A stretch of 59,319 nucleotides of DNA from a virus (Duplodnaviria > Caudoviricetes): positions 1-59,319 of the IMG/VR virus record IMGVR_UViG_3300030331_006178, one strand, 5' to 3'. Below, in pieces: positions 9,610 to 18,790 of the stretch; the first letter of the stretch is position 1; each line of letters opens with the position of its first letter. The notes under the pieces were generated by a model. The model did not search any database. It saw only the letters and a list, made by a program, of their open reading frames with translations, and was not told the DNA's origin. The position numbers were made by a program, and so were the translations under genes.

Positions 9610-10373
9610 TGAAAAACTTATCAACAAAAATATCAAACTGGCTTAAACAATATTCAAACAAAAGTTCCACTGAATGTTTTGTTGTCGGGGTATCAGGGGG
9701 TGTTGACTCTGCCTTGTCGTCGACTTTGTGCGCCGAGTCTGGTGTAAAAACATATGTTATTGATATCCCGATCAAATCTTCAAAAAATAATACAAATCTA
9801 TCGGAATTACACTGCGAATGGCTACGTGGTAAATATAAAAATGTTGAAAAATTACATATAGATGCAACTGAATCGTTCGATGTTTTCGAAAAAATGATAA
9901 ATTGGAACGGTTTTTCTAATAAGCTTGCAAGTGCAAATTCGAAGTCTAGAATGAGAATGATGTTGCTTTATCATGTGGCAACTTGTAAAAAAGGATTAGT
10001 TGTCGGAACAGGCAACAAAGTAGAAGACTTTGGCGTTGGTTTTTATACAAAGTATGGTGATGGCGGCGTTGATATTAGCCCGATCGCGGATTTAACAAAA
10101 ACTCAAGTGCGGGACCTAGCAGGGTCTTTAGGGGTTAGTGAAAGCATATTAAACGCACCACCAACCGATGGTCTTTGGGAAGACGAAAGAACCGATGAGT
10201 CACAAATAGGTGCTACGTATGAGGAACTTGAGTGGGCAATGTCCTATATTGACTCAGAATCAAATGAGGTTTTGTCTGAGAGACAACAAGAAGTTTTAAA
10301 TATTTACAACTCTTTTCATTCAAAAAATAAACATAAAATGTTACCCATCCCCGTTTTTAAATTAGGAGAATAA
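9609..10373 (+). CDS. nadE: NH3-dependent NAD+ synthetase
   Basis: SGGVDS PP-loop, NSKSRMRM, GTGNKVE, GFYTKYGDGGVD, PPTDGLW and TDESQIG. TAATG overlap at 9609. Confidence 0.92.
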   Translation: MKNLSTKISNWLKQYSNKSSTECFVVGVSGGVDSALSSTLCAESGVKTYVIDIPIKSSKNNTNLSELHCEWLRGKYKNVEKLHIDATESFDVFEKMINWNGFSNKLASANSKSRMRMMLLYHVATCKKGLVVGTGNKVEDFGVGFYTKYGDGGVDISPIADLTKTQVRDLAGSLGVSESILNAPPTDGLWEDERTDESQIGATYEELEWAMSYIDSESNEVLSERQQEVLNIYNSFHSKNKHKMLPIPVFKLGE

Positions 10374-10374
10374 A

Positions 10375-11484
10375 ATGGAAAACGTATCCGTTATCGGCAT
10401 CGGAAAGCTTGGTTTGTGTTTCGCACTTACCTTAGAGAAAGCAGGATATAATGTTCTTGGATTAGATTTAAACCCAGAATATGTTAATATAATCAATAAC
10501 AAAGATTTGATTAGTGAGGAGCAAGGTGTTTCTAAAGCTTTATTAAACTCTACAAATTTCAGAGCAACTACAGATTTAAAAGAAACAGTGGAACACTCTG
10601 ATGTTTTGTATGTCGTTGTGGCTACTCCATCTTTAGAAAATGGAAGGTACGACCATTCTCAGGTTGACGGATTGGTTGATAATTTATTGTCTTTGGGCAA
10701 ACAACAAAGTAACAAGCATTTTGTAGTATGTTGTACTACAATGCCGGGTTATTGTGATACTGTAAGCGACAGAGTTAAAGACTATGGTTATACAGTTTCA
10801 TATAATCCAGAATTTATCGCACAAGGCACAATATTGAGAGATCAAGCAAAGCCAGATATGGTTCTTATAGGGGAGGGTTCAACTGTTGCTGGTGATATAA
10901 TTCAAAAAATGTATGAAGAAATGACTTTAAACGAGCCGAGAGTTTGTAGAATGTCCGCACGTGAAGCAGAGATCACAAAAATATCTTTAAATTGTTTTCT
11001 TACTACAAAAATAGCATATGCTAATATGGTGGGCGACATTGTACTAGCATCTGGCGGTGATCCTTCAAAAGTGCTATCGGCGATTGGCTCAGACTCTAGA
11101 ATAGGAAATAAATACTTAGGTTATGGGTATGGCTATGGAGGACCTTGCTTCCCAAGGGATAATAGAGCCCTTGCGCTATACGCAGGAGATATAGGACTAG
11201 AAGCTTTAATCAGCTTGGCTTCTGATGAGAGTAATTTAAAGCATTTAGATTTTCAAGTGAAACACTTTATAGAAGGTATAAAAAAACAAGATTTAGACGA
11301 GCAAATAGTTTTTGACACTGTGACCTATAAGCCTGAATCAACATTGTTGGTTGAATCACAGCAGTTAGCTTATGCCGTTAAACTAGCACAAAGTGGATTT
11401 GACGTTAAAATTATTGAAAGGGATAGTGTAATATCTGAATTAAAAGAAATTTATGGCGACTTATTTAAATATCAAAGGAGATAG
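10375..11484 (+). CDS. ugd: UDP-glucose/GDP-mannose dehydrogenase family
   Basis: GIGKLG Rossmann motif, VATP, YNPEF, AEITK...N, and the catalytic GYGGPCFPRD. Confidence 0.88.
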   Translation: MENVSVIGIGKLGLCFALTLEKAGYNVLGLDLNPEYVNIINNKDLISEEQGVSKALLNSTNFRATTDLKETVEHSDVLYVVVATPSLENGRYDHSQVDGLVDNLLSLGKQQSNKHFVVCCTTMPGYCDTVSDRVKDYGYTVSYNPEFIAQGTILRDQAKPDMVLIGEGSTVAGDIIQKMYEEMTLNEPRVCRMSAREAEITKISLNCFLTTKIAYANMVGDIVLASGGDPSKVLSAIGSDSRIGNKYLGYGYGYGGPCFPRDNRALALYAGDIGLEALISLASDESNLKHLDFQVKHFIEGIKKQDLDEQIVFDTVTYKPESTLLVESQQLAYAVKLAQSGFDVKIIERDSVISELKEIYGDLFKYQRR

Positions 11485-11487
11485 GCA

Positions 11488-12498
11488 ATGAAAACAGCAT
11501 TGGTTTGTGGTGCCGGCGGCTTTATCGGAGGTCACATGGCAAAACGTCTTAAAGAAGAGGGATTTTGGGTCCGCGGCGTCGACTTAAAATATAATGAATT
11601 CATGGATATGGAAGACATTTGTGATGAATTTTTTATTGGAGATTTACGTGATTCAAACCTTGTTAGTAGATTGATGTTTGCTCCAAAACAAATATCTGAG
11701 AGTGACAGAGAAAATTCATTTGATATGGTATATCAATTTGCTGCCGATATGGGCGGCGCAGGATTTATCTTTACTGGTGAAAATGATGCCGATATCATGC
11801 ACAACTCTGCGCAGATTAATTTAAATGTTGCCTATGAAGCTACGAAAAAAAATGTTAAAAAGATATTTTACTCCTCTTCAGCATGCATGTATCCAGAGTA
11901 CAACCAGATGGATCCAAGCAATCCAAAGTGCTCTGAAGATTCAGCATACCCAGCAGCCCCAGACAGTGAATATGGCTGGGAAAAGTTATTCAGTGAAAGA
12001 CTTTACTTTGCGTTTGCTAGAAACCATGGTCTTACTGTAAGAGTTGCTAGATATCATAATATTTTTGGTCCCCAAGGCACGTGGACCGGCGGCAGAGAAA
12101 AAGCCCCGGCGGCATTTTGTAGGAAGGCTGCGGAAACAAAAGATGGTGATTCTATAGAGGTTTGGGGTGATGGTAGTCGTACTAGATCATTCTTGTATAT
12201 TGATGAGTGCATAGAAGCCACCAGAAGATTTGTAGACTCAGACTTTGAAGGTCCAGTTAATATTGGTTCTGAAGAAATGATTACTATACAAAATTTTGCA
12301 AAAATGGCGATTGATATATCTGGAAAAAATCTGACTATTGAAAATATCGATGGTCCTCTAGGGGTACACGGAAGGAACTCAGATAACCAGCTATACCGAG
12401 ATAAGATGGGCTGGGAGCCAACACAAAAACTTAGAACTGGAATGGAACAAACATATGAGTGGGTGAAAAACCAGGTAGAAAAAAATGTTGGTGATTGA
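11488..12498 (+). CDS. GDP-mannose 3,5-epimerase-like NAD-dependent epimerase
   Basis: GAGGFIG, AADMGG, SSACMYP, YGWEK and HNIFGPQGTWTGGREKAPAAFCRK, which are characteristic of GME-type SDRs. Confidence 0.85.
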   Translation: MKTALVCGAGGFIGGHMAKRLKEEGFWVRGVDLKYNEFMDMEDICDEFFIGDLRDSNLVSRLMFAPKQISESDRENSFDMVYQFAADMGGAGFIFTGENDADIMHNSAQINLNVAYEATKKNVKKIFYSSSACMYPEYNQMDPSNPKCSEDSAYPAAPDSEYGWEKLFSERLYFAFARNHGLTVRVARYHNIFGPQGTWTGGREKAPAAFCRKAAETKDGDSIEVWGDGSRTRSFLYIDECIEATRRFVDSDFEGPVNIGSEEMITIQNFAKMAIDISGKNLTIENIDGPLGVHGRNSDNQLYRDKMGWEPTQKLRTGMEQTYEWVKNQVEKNVGD

Positions 12499-13453
12499 AG
12501 ATTATGATGGTTGTTATGGTGATGCGTTAGAAAAACATTATAATTTTGATAAATACTCCAAAGATGATGATGGTAAAGTATTATTTCATGGTATGGGTTG
12601 TATTGAAAAAACAATTCATAAAGAAAAATATAAAAGTTACACAAAAAAAGCCTATTGGAATCTTGAGCAACCTTCAGCTTGGTACACAGGGGATCCTAAA
12701 TTTGCTAAAATAAGCGCTAATATGGATAAATATTTTGAAAAAATATTCACTATATGTCCATATACCTGTGATTGGTTAAATTCAATTCAAAAAAAACAAA
12801 CTTTCATCCCTTCATTTATGCCCTTTAATGAAGACTTAGTAGTTAAAAATAAAACAGAGAAGGTTTATGATGTTATTTACTGGGGACACGTATCGTCTCA
12901 AACTCATATAAATTTCATAGATGCTATGAAAAATTTTAAATATAATTTTTTATCTTTAGGTGCTTCATACTGGCACAAAGAATTTAGGTATTCAGGTTAT
13001 GATAAATACATAACAAATGTTAACATGCCTAGAGAAGATATGTGGAAACTGATGAGAGAGACTAAAATTTGTTTAATAACCAATCATGCATATCTCACGC
13101 AACAGCAGATAACCAACGTTAAATCAATTAAAAATTGGACTAATTGTAAAGCTTTTTGTGATATAGATAATGGCTGGGTACCACAATACAAAACTAGAAT
13201 GATAGAGAGTGCTGTTAATAGAATGCTAATGCTCGTTAAGAAAAGCCCATGGGATTTAGATGAAAAGTGGTTTGAAGCGGGAAAAGATTTTATATTTTTT
13301 GAAAAAGACGAGGAATTGCCGCTATTAATAGAAGACATATCTTCTAACTGGCATAAATACGAACACATAGTTGAAAGTGCCTACAAAAAAGCCGTTGATA
13401 ATTATACGGTTGAAAAATTTATAAACTTAGTAAAGGAAAAACTAGATGACTGA
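12485..13453 (+). CDS. Probable glycosyltransferase (CgeB/Glyco_trans_1_2-like)
   Basis: YDVIYWG, KICLI, KTRMIESA and WFEAGKDFIFF resemble the CgeB-like GT C-terminal domain. Confidence 0.55.
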   Translation: MLVIEDYDGCYGDALEKHYNFDKYSKDDDGKVLFHGMGCIEKTIHKEKYKSYTKKAYWNLEQPSAWYTGDPKFAKISANMDKYFEKIFTICPYTCDWLNSIQKKQTFIPSFMPFNEDLVVKNKTEKVYDVIYWGHVSSQTHINFIDAMKNFKYNFLSLGASYWHKEFRYSGYDKYITNVNMPREDMWKLMRETKICLITNHAYLTQQQITNVKSIKNWTNCKAFCDIDNGWVPQYKTRMIESAVNRMLMLVKKSPWDLDEKWFEAGKDFIFFEKDEELPLLIEDISSNWHKYEHIVESAYKKAVDNYTVEKFINLVKEKLDD

Positions 13454-13850
13454 TAGAAAATATTTACCAACTTTGTCAGAGTTGATCGATAGACTGTCTA
13501 TAGTACAGCTAAAAGAGGTTTTCATACCAGAGCACAAAGAGGAATATGCAAAAGAAATAAAAGACATTGTTCATGATATTGATCTATGCCTGGATAGTTG
13601 TGAAAAAATAGATGCAGAAACCGTAAGAGCGATTATTGTTCTATCCCAAATGAATTTGCATATATGGCACAATGAGTCAAACTACAGAAAAGGTATTAAA
13701 GATGGTAACAATCTTGAATTAACCCATGGTCTAAATGGAATTAGAAATACATCAAAAAATAAAATACAAGAAATAATGGGCGGCAGAAAAGATTATAAGA
13801 TAGATTGTTTAGCCGCAGAGTTTAAAGATTGGGATATTAGTTGGGAATAA
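13446..13850 (+). CDS. Hypothetical helical protein (DUF6165/DUF4254-like)
   Basis: LSELIDRLSIVQLK...NLHIWHNE...NGIRNTSKNKI pattern. It is coupled to both neighbours. Confidence 0.5.
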   Translation: MTDRKYLPTLSELIDRLSIVQLKEVFIPEHKEEYAKEIKDIVHDIDLCLDSCEKIDAETVRAIIVLSQMNLHIWHNESNYRKGIKDGNNLELTHGLNGIRNTSKNKIQEIMGGRKDYKIDCLAAEFKDWDISWE

Positions 13851-13851
13851 T

Positions 13852-15387
13852 ATGGATGTTTTATTTATAAACCCTGGAAACGCCAGTGGGATCTATCAAG
13901 ATTTATCAAAAGTCTACTCTGCAATTGAAACACCAACATGGTCCTTGCTTTTGGCTGAATCTTGTCGTTCTGTTGGTTATGAAGTGGGTATATTGGATGT
14001 TAATGCTGAGAGGTTACCAACTCAACAGGCAGTAGATAGAGTTAAAGAATTGAATCCTAGATTGGTTTGCTTTGCGGTTTATGGGCAAAATCCAAACGCA
14101 GGAACGGTTAATATGGCTGGAACGGTTATGTTAGCTCGCGCGCTAAAAGAAGCGGGTCTAGAGTCTACCATATCTGTGGTTGGCTCTCACGTTCAAGCAC
14201 TTCCGTATGAGACTTTAGAAAAAGAAAAAGATATAATAGACATTATCTTTAGCAATGAGGGCGTATATGCACTGTGGAATCTTTTAAAACTACAGGATCT
14301 AAAGGATATATCACTTTTAGAAACAGTAAAGGGCATTGGGTTCATGAAAGAGGGAAAAGCGTTTTTAACTCCGGTTGAAAAATTGGTACCTCAAGATAAA
14401 ATGGACGAACACTTACCAGGGTACGCTTGGGATCTTTTACCTTACAAGGAAAAGCCATTAGATATGTACAGATCCCACTTCTGGCATGCTGAATATGACC
14501 ATGACAAGCGTACCCCATTTGCGACTCTTTATACTTCTTTAGGATGTCCTTTTAAGTGTAATTTTTGTATGATAAATATGATTAATAGAACCGATCACGA
14601 CCCAATCGGTAGCGCCTCAAATTATTCAAAAATGCGTTTTTGGAGCCCAGGCTTTATTATTAAAGAATTTGATAAGTTAGTTGCAATGGGTGTTAAGACT
14701 TTAAGAATTGCAGATGAAATGTTCCTACTTAATAAAAAATATTACCTGCCGCTTTGTAAGCTACTCAAAGAAAGAGGTTATGGTAAAATATTAAAAATGT
14801 GGGCTTATTCAAGAGTTGATACGATAGCCAAACCAGAAAATTTAAAACTCTTAAAAGAGGCTGGTATACATTGGCTGGGTATCGGTATTGAAAGTGCAGA
14901 CAAAAAAGTTCGCTTAGAGGTGACGAAAGGAAAGTATGAGAATGTTAATATCACCGAAGTTATCCAAAGAGTTCAAGATGCTGGGCTGGGTATCATAGCA
15001 AACTTTTTATTTGGTCTCACAGGAGACACTATGGAAACTATGCAAAAAACTTTAGATTTAAGCTTGCAATTGAACACTATGGCTGTTAACATGTATACTG
15101 TAATGGCGTTACCAGGAAGCAGGGTTTATAAAGAAGCTGTTTTAAATGGTAATGAACTCCCAGAGGGATACATAGGTTATTCATTTCACTCTTATGAAAC
15201 CAAACCACAACCAACAGAGCACCTCACTCCAGAACAAATATTAAAGTTTAGAGATGATGCCTGGCATGTGTACCATACTAGTCCTAGATTTTTGGATAAG
15301 ATTGAAAATCTTTACGGAAAGAAAATTAGAAATAATATCGAAGAGCAAACTAAAATAAAATTAAAAAGAAAAATTCTTGGTGACTAA
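13852..15387 (+). CDS. Cobalamin-binding radical SAM protein (class B methyltransferase-like)
   Basis: N-terminal B12-binding domain (LFINP..., VVGSHVQALP), CxxxCxxC (GCPFKCNFC), ADEMF, GIES and FLFGL. Confidence 0.88.
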   Translation: MDVLFINPGNASGIYQDLSKVYSAIETPTWSLLLAESCRSVGYEVGILDVNAERLPTQQAVDRVKELNPRLVCFAVYGQNPNAGTVNMAGTVMLARALKEAGLESTISVVGSHVQALPYETLEKEKDIIDIIFSNEGVYALWNLLKLQDLKDISLLETVKGIGFMKEGKAFLTPVEKLVPQDKMDEHLPGYAWDLLPYKEKPLDMYRSHFWHAEYDHDKRTPFATLYTSLGCPFKCNFCMINMINRTDHDPIGSASNYSKMRFWSPGFIIKEFDKLVAMGVKTLRIADEMFLLNKKYYLPLCKLLKERGYGKILKMWAYSRVDTIAKPENLKLLKEAGIHWLGIGIESADKKVRLEVTKGKYENVNITEVIQRVQDAGLGIIANFLFGLTGDTMETMQKTLDLSLQLNTMAVNMYTVMALPGSRVYKEAVLNGNELPEGYIGYSFHSYETKPQPTEHLTPEQILKFRDDAWHVYHTSPRFLDKIENLYGKKIRNNIEEQTKIKLKRKILGD

Positions 15388-15388
15388 A

Positions 15389-16216
15389 ATGAAAAAAATA
15401 AAAGAATTAGAAGAAAAAGCTAAACAGCTTAGAACAGATATGTTTGAAATGTGTGTAAATGCTGGGCACGGACATATTTCATCTGGTTTATCTTGCACAG
15501 ATATTCTAACTTCTTTATATTATGGCGGTCACCTTCGTCATGACCCTAAAGATCCTGACTGGAAAGAGCGCGATAGATTTTTCTTGAGCAAGGGACATAG
15601 TGCTATCATATTGTATGCTGTGCTTGCAGATAGAGGTTATTTTCCAAAAGAAGAACTTAACAGCTTCTCTCAAAAAGAGGGTAAATTTAGTATACACCTT
15701 CAGAAAGATGTGCCTGGCGCAGAAATCTCAGCGGGTTCACTTGGACACGGTTTTGGGATAGCAGTGGGTTCAGCCCTTGCAGCAAAATTAAACAGAAACT
15801 TACATTTAACTTATACTCTTTTAGGTGATGGTGAAACTTACGAGGGCTCAGTCTGGGAAGGTGCTATGTTTGCTGCACACCACAAGCTTAATAATCTTGT
15901 TGCAATAGTTGATAGAAACTATCAATGCACCTTAGATTTTACTGAAAATTTATTAAAGTTGGAGCCGTTAGATAAGAAGTGGGAATCTTTTGGTTGGAGA
16001 GTAAAAAGAATAAATGGAAACGATCTTAATGATATAGAACAGGCGTTTGCAGATATTCGACGGAGACCCACAGATAAACCCACAGTTATAATCGCGGATA
16101 CCGTTAAAGGTAAGGGTATAGATTTTCTTTCACATAAACCTTTATCTCATGGAAGAACGCCTAAAAAAGATCAAGAAATACAGCTTTGCCGAGAGCAATT
16201 AGCAGAGAACAAATAA
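15389..16216 (+). CDS. Transketolase, N-terminal (TPP-binding) subunit
   Basis: GHISS, RDRFFLSKGH, GSLGHG, the GDGE...DRN TPP motif and TVKGKG. Confidence 0.92.
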   Translation: MKKIKELEEKAKQLRTDMFEMCVNAGHGHISSGLSCTDILTSLYYGGHLRHDPKDPDWKERDRFFLSKGHSAIILYAVLADRGYFPKEELNSFSQKEGKFSIHLQKDVPGAEISAGSLGHGFGIAVGSALAAKLNRNLHLTYTLLGDGETYEGSVWEGAMFAAHHKLNNLVAIVDRNYQCTLDFTENLLKLEPLDKKWESFGWRVKRINGNDLNDIEQAFADIRRRPTDKPTVIIADTVKGKGIDFLSHKPLSHGRTPKKDQEIQLCREQLAENK

Positions 16217-16217
16217 T

Positions 16218-17177
16218 ATGAGTAAAAATAGAAACTTTATTGTACAAAACCAGCACATGAGCCAGAGAGATGTCTTTTGGACGCGTATAGGTGAGATGAT
16301 GCGCGATGATCATGATATAATTATCGTAACAGCAGATATGGGCACTCCAGCGTTTGATAAAATTAGAACTATGTATCCAAGCAGATTTATAAATGTTGGA
16401 ATTGCTGAACAAAATTGTATCTCAGTTGCAGCAGGTTTAGCAAAAGAGGGGAAAAAACCTTACATCTTCAACATTGCAACCTTTGCGATACTGAGAGGGC
16501 TGGAACAGATAAAAGTCGGCGTATCGATTATGGAACTACCTGTAACAATTGTTGGAACGGGCACCGGTTTTAGTTATGATGATGCAGGACCAACTCATCA
16601 ATTGTTTGAGGATATAGCGATTGTAAGAGCGATGCCTCATATTACAGTAAACAGTGTTAGTGATAATGTAATGGCTAGAAAGCTAGCGGAAACATCAAGA
16701 CACTTAAAAAAGCCAAACTATATTAGGCTTGAAAGGCACATTAATCCAAACATATATACACCAGAAGAAGATTTTAATAATGGGTTTCAAGTTTTAAATG
16801 AAGGTCAAGAGGTATGTATAGTTTCTAATGGTTTTATGCTTTGGAAATCTTTTGAAATACAAAAAGAATTAGAACAATGTGGAATAAATGCAGGGATTAT
16901 AGACCTTCATACGTATCCTTGTAATGAAGACAAATTAGCTCAAAAACTAAGTGATTTTGGATCGATCATAACAATTGAAGAAAATTTCTTACCAGGAGCT
17001 ATGGGTAGTTATGTATTGGAAATACTGGCGGATAGACAAATTCAATCAAAAGTAAAAAGATTTGGTGTTAAACAAGAGTGGATATATCGCTATGGCGGTA
17101 GAGAGCATAATCATGAGTTTCATGGTATCGATTTGAATAACTTAATAAAAGAGACGAAGAGTTTTTTAGGAAAATAA
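16218..17177 (+). CDS. Transketolase, C-terminal subunit
   Basis: TADMG, NVGIAEQN, GPTHQ, YIRL and TIEEN. Confidence 0.9.
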   Translation: MSKNRNFIVQNQHMSQRDVFWTRIGEMMRDDHDIIIVTADMGTPAFDKIRTMYPSRFINVGIAEQNCISVAAGLAKEGKKPYIFNIATFAILRGLEQIKVGVSIMELPVTIVGTGTGFSYDDAGPTHQLFEDIAIVRAMPHITVNSVSDNVMARKLAETSRHLKKPNYIRLERHINPNIYTPEEDFNNGFQVLNEGQEVCIVSNGFMLWKSFEIQKELEQCGINAGIIDLHTYPCNEDKLAQKLSDFGSIITIEENFLPGAMGSYVLEILADRQIQSKVKRFGVKQEWIYRYGGREHNHEFHGIDLNNLIKETKSFLGK

Positions 17178-17178
17178 A

Positions 17179-17709
17179 ATGTCAAGATTTAAAATAATAG
17201 TTAAACAGTCTGAGGTTTTACCAGAGGTTAAAACGTTTCAGGCTGATGCATTTTCCGATGAAAGAGGCACCATATGGACAATATGGGAGAAAGAAAACAT
17301 ATTACCAGATCATTTGCAATTTAATCTAGCCAAGTTTACTAGATCCACAAAAGGCGTTTTGAGAGGTCTTCACGGTTGCTTTGGAACTTGGAAATATATG
17401 AGCGTCCCACATGGAAAAGTAAAATTTGTTGTCGCTGACGTTCGCAAGGAATCTCCTAACTTTTTAAAATGGGATACCTTTACTCTAAGTTCTGAAAATC
17501 ACATGGGTGTATTAGTTCCTCCAGGTTTTGTTAATGGTCATTTGTGTCTTAGCGATGACTGCTTGTATCACTACATGATGTCTTATGGTGGAGATTATAT
17601 AGAGCCTCATGAACAAGTTGTTATAAAATGGAATGACGCAAGGTTAAACATAGATTGGTCTATTGATAATCCAATTATTTCCGAAAGAGATAAGATTAGT
17701 AACATATGA
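17179..17709 (+). CDS. rmlC: dTDP-4-dehydrorhamnose 3,5-epimerase family (RmlC-like)
   Basis: DERG, GVLRGLH, DVRKESP, VPPGFVNGH, WND..LNIDW and ISERD. Confidence 0.88.
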   Translation: MSRFKIIVKQSEVLPEVKTFQADAFSDERGTIWTIWEKENILPDHLQFNLAKFTRSTKGVLRGLHGCFGTWKYMSVPHGKVKFVVADVRKESPNFLKWDTFTLSSENHMGVLVPPGFVNGHLCLSDDCLYHYMMSYGGDYIEPHEQVVIKWNDARLNIDWSIDNPIISERDKISNI

Positions 17710-18089
17710 GCAAACATGCAGTGAGATTTGAGCCTAGAGTCTATGTTGATACTCTTGTAGATGGTCGAGGCGGCATATTTAACTGGGTACCAGAACACAC
17801 CATAAAAGAATTTAATTTTTTATTTTGGAACAAGGGTGCCGAACGCGGAGATCATTATCATCCGCATTTTCACGAGTATATGCTACTGACTTCTGGTGAA
17901 GGTGTTTCTATATCGGGTACCGGACAAGATCAAAAAACAATTTATATGTCCAAGGGTAGCTGTTTATACGTGCCCAAAGGCGTAGTTCACGTTTTTCACG
18001 CCATAACTGATTGCACTGCAGTTAGTTTTTTAAGTGAAGAGTGGGACCTTAGCGATCCACCGATTATCCATCAACAGGTTAAAAGATGA
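17706..18089 (+). CDS. Cupin protein, FdtA/QdtA-like sugar 3,4-ketoisomerase
   Basis: DGRG, RGDHYHPHFHEY and VPKGVVH cupin motifs. Confidence 0.6.
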   Translation: MSKHAVRFEPRVYVDTLVDGRGGIFNWVPEHTIKEFNFLFWNKGAERGDHYHPHFHEYMLLTSGEGVSISGTGQDQKTIYMSKGSCLYVPKGVVHVFHAITDCTAVSFLSEEWDLSDPPIIHQQVKR

Positions 18090-18790
18090 AAAAAATAGCC
18101 ATTATAGGATCCAATGGTTTTGTAGGCAAGGCTTTGGTTAGAACGGCTAAAAATTTTAATTTTGAAGTGACTTGTGTTACGAGAGAAAATTTTAGTGAAC
18201 ATAAAAACAAGTCATATGACTGTGTTATTAATAGCGCGATGCCTTCAAAGAGATTTTGGTCACTAAACAACCCTATTGAAGATATAAAAGAGACTGTGGT
18301 AAAAACAGCTGATATATTTTACAATTGGCACTATGATAAGTTTGTACAAATTAGTTCTATATCAGCAGAAAATCAACTTGATATTCCATATGGTTCCCAT
18401 AAAAGATCAGCTGAGATCATTGTAGAAAAAGATAAGAGTGCTCTGATTGTTAGACTAGGTGCGTTATATGGAAACGGATTAACTAAAAGTGCATTGTTCG
18501 ATCTAATAAATAAAAATCATATATATGTTGATATTAATAGTGAATACAATTACATTGACGTGGATTACGCAGCAAATTACATACTTAGTAATTTAAATCA
18601 CAAAGGGGTACTAAATGTCGGAGCACGAGATAGTATTTCTTTACTTGACTTATCTAAAGGAATCTGGGATAATCCTTCTTATGAAGGTCGTTTAGAAAAA
18701 TTAATTTTTAAAAAAGTTGATAGCACTATGCCGAGTGCAAAGAATGTTTTAAAATACATTAACTTACTAAGATCGAAGGAAAATACATGA
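18086..18790 (+). CDS. NAD-dependent epimerase/reductase (extended SDR)
   Basis: GSNGFVG, ISS, YGSHK (YxxxK) and VRLGALYG. Confidence 0.8.
   Translation: MKKIAIIGSNGFVGKALVRTAKNFNFEVTCVTRENFSEHKNKSYDCVINSAMPSKRFWSLNNPIEDIKETVVKTADIFYNWHYDKFVQISSISAENQLDIPYGSHKRSAEIIVEKDKSALIVRLGALYGNGLTKSALFDLINKNHIYVDINSEYNYIDVDYAANYILSNLNHKGVLNVGARDSISLLDLSKGIWDNPSYEGRLEKLIFKKVDSTMPSAKNVLKYINLLRSKENT

Noticed and set aside
11482-11490. TAG-GCA-ATG puts the dehydrogenase in frame with the GME-like gene, suggesting readthrough or amber recoding. TAG 32193 is also followed by ~24 open codons.
   Set aside because: An AGGAG RBS lies directly before ATG 11488, and all long genes are intact under the standard code, so nothing requires recoding.
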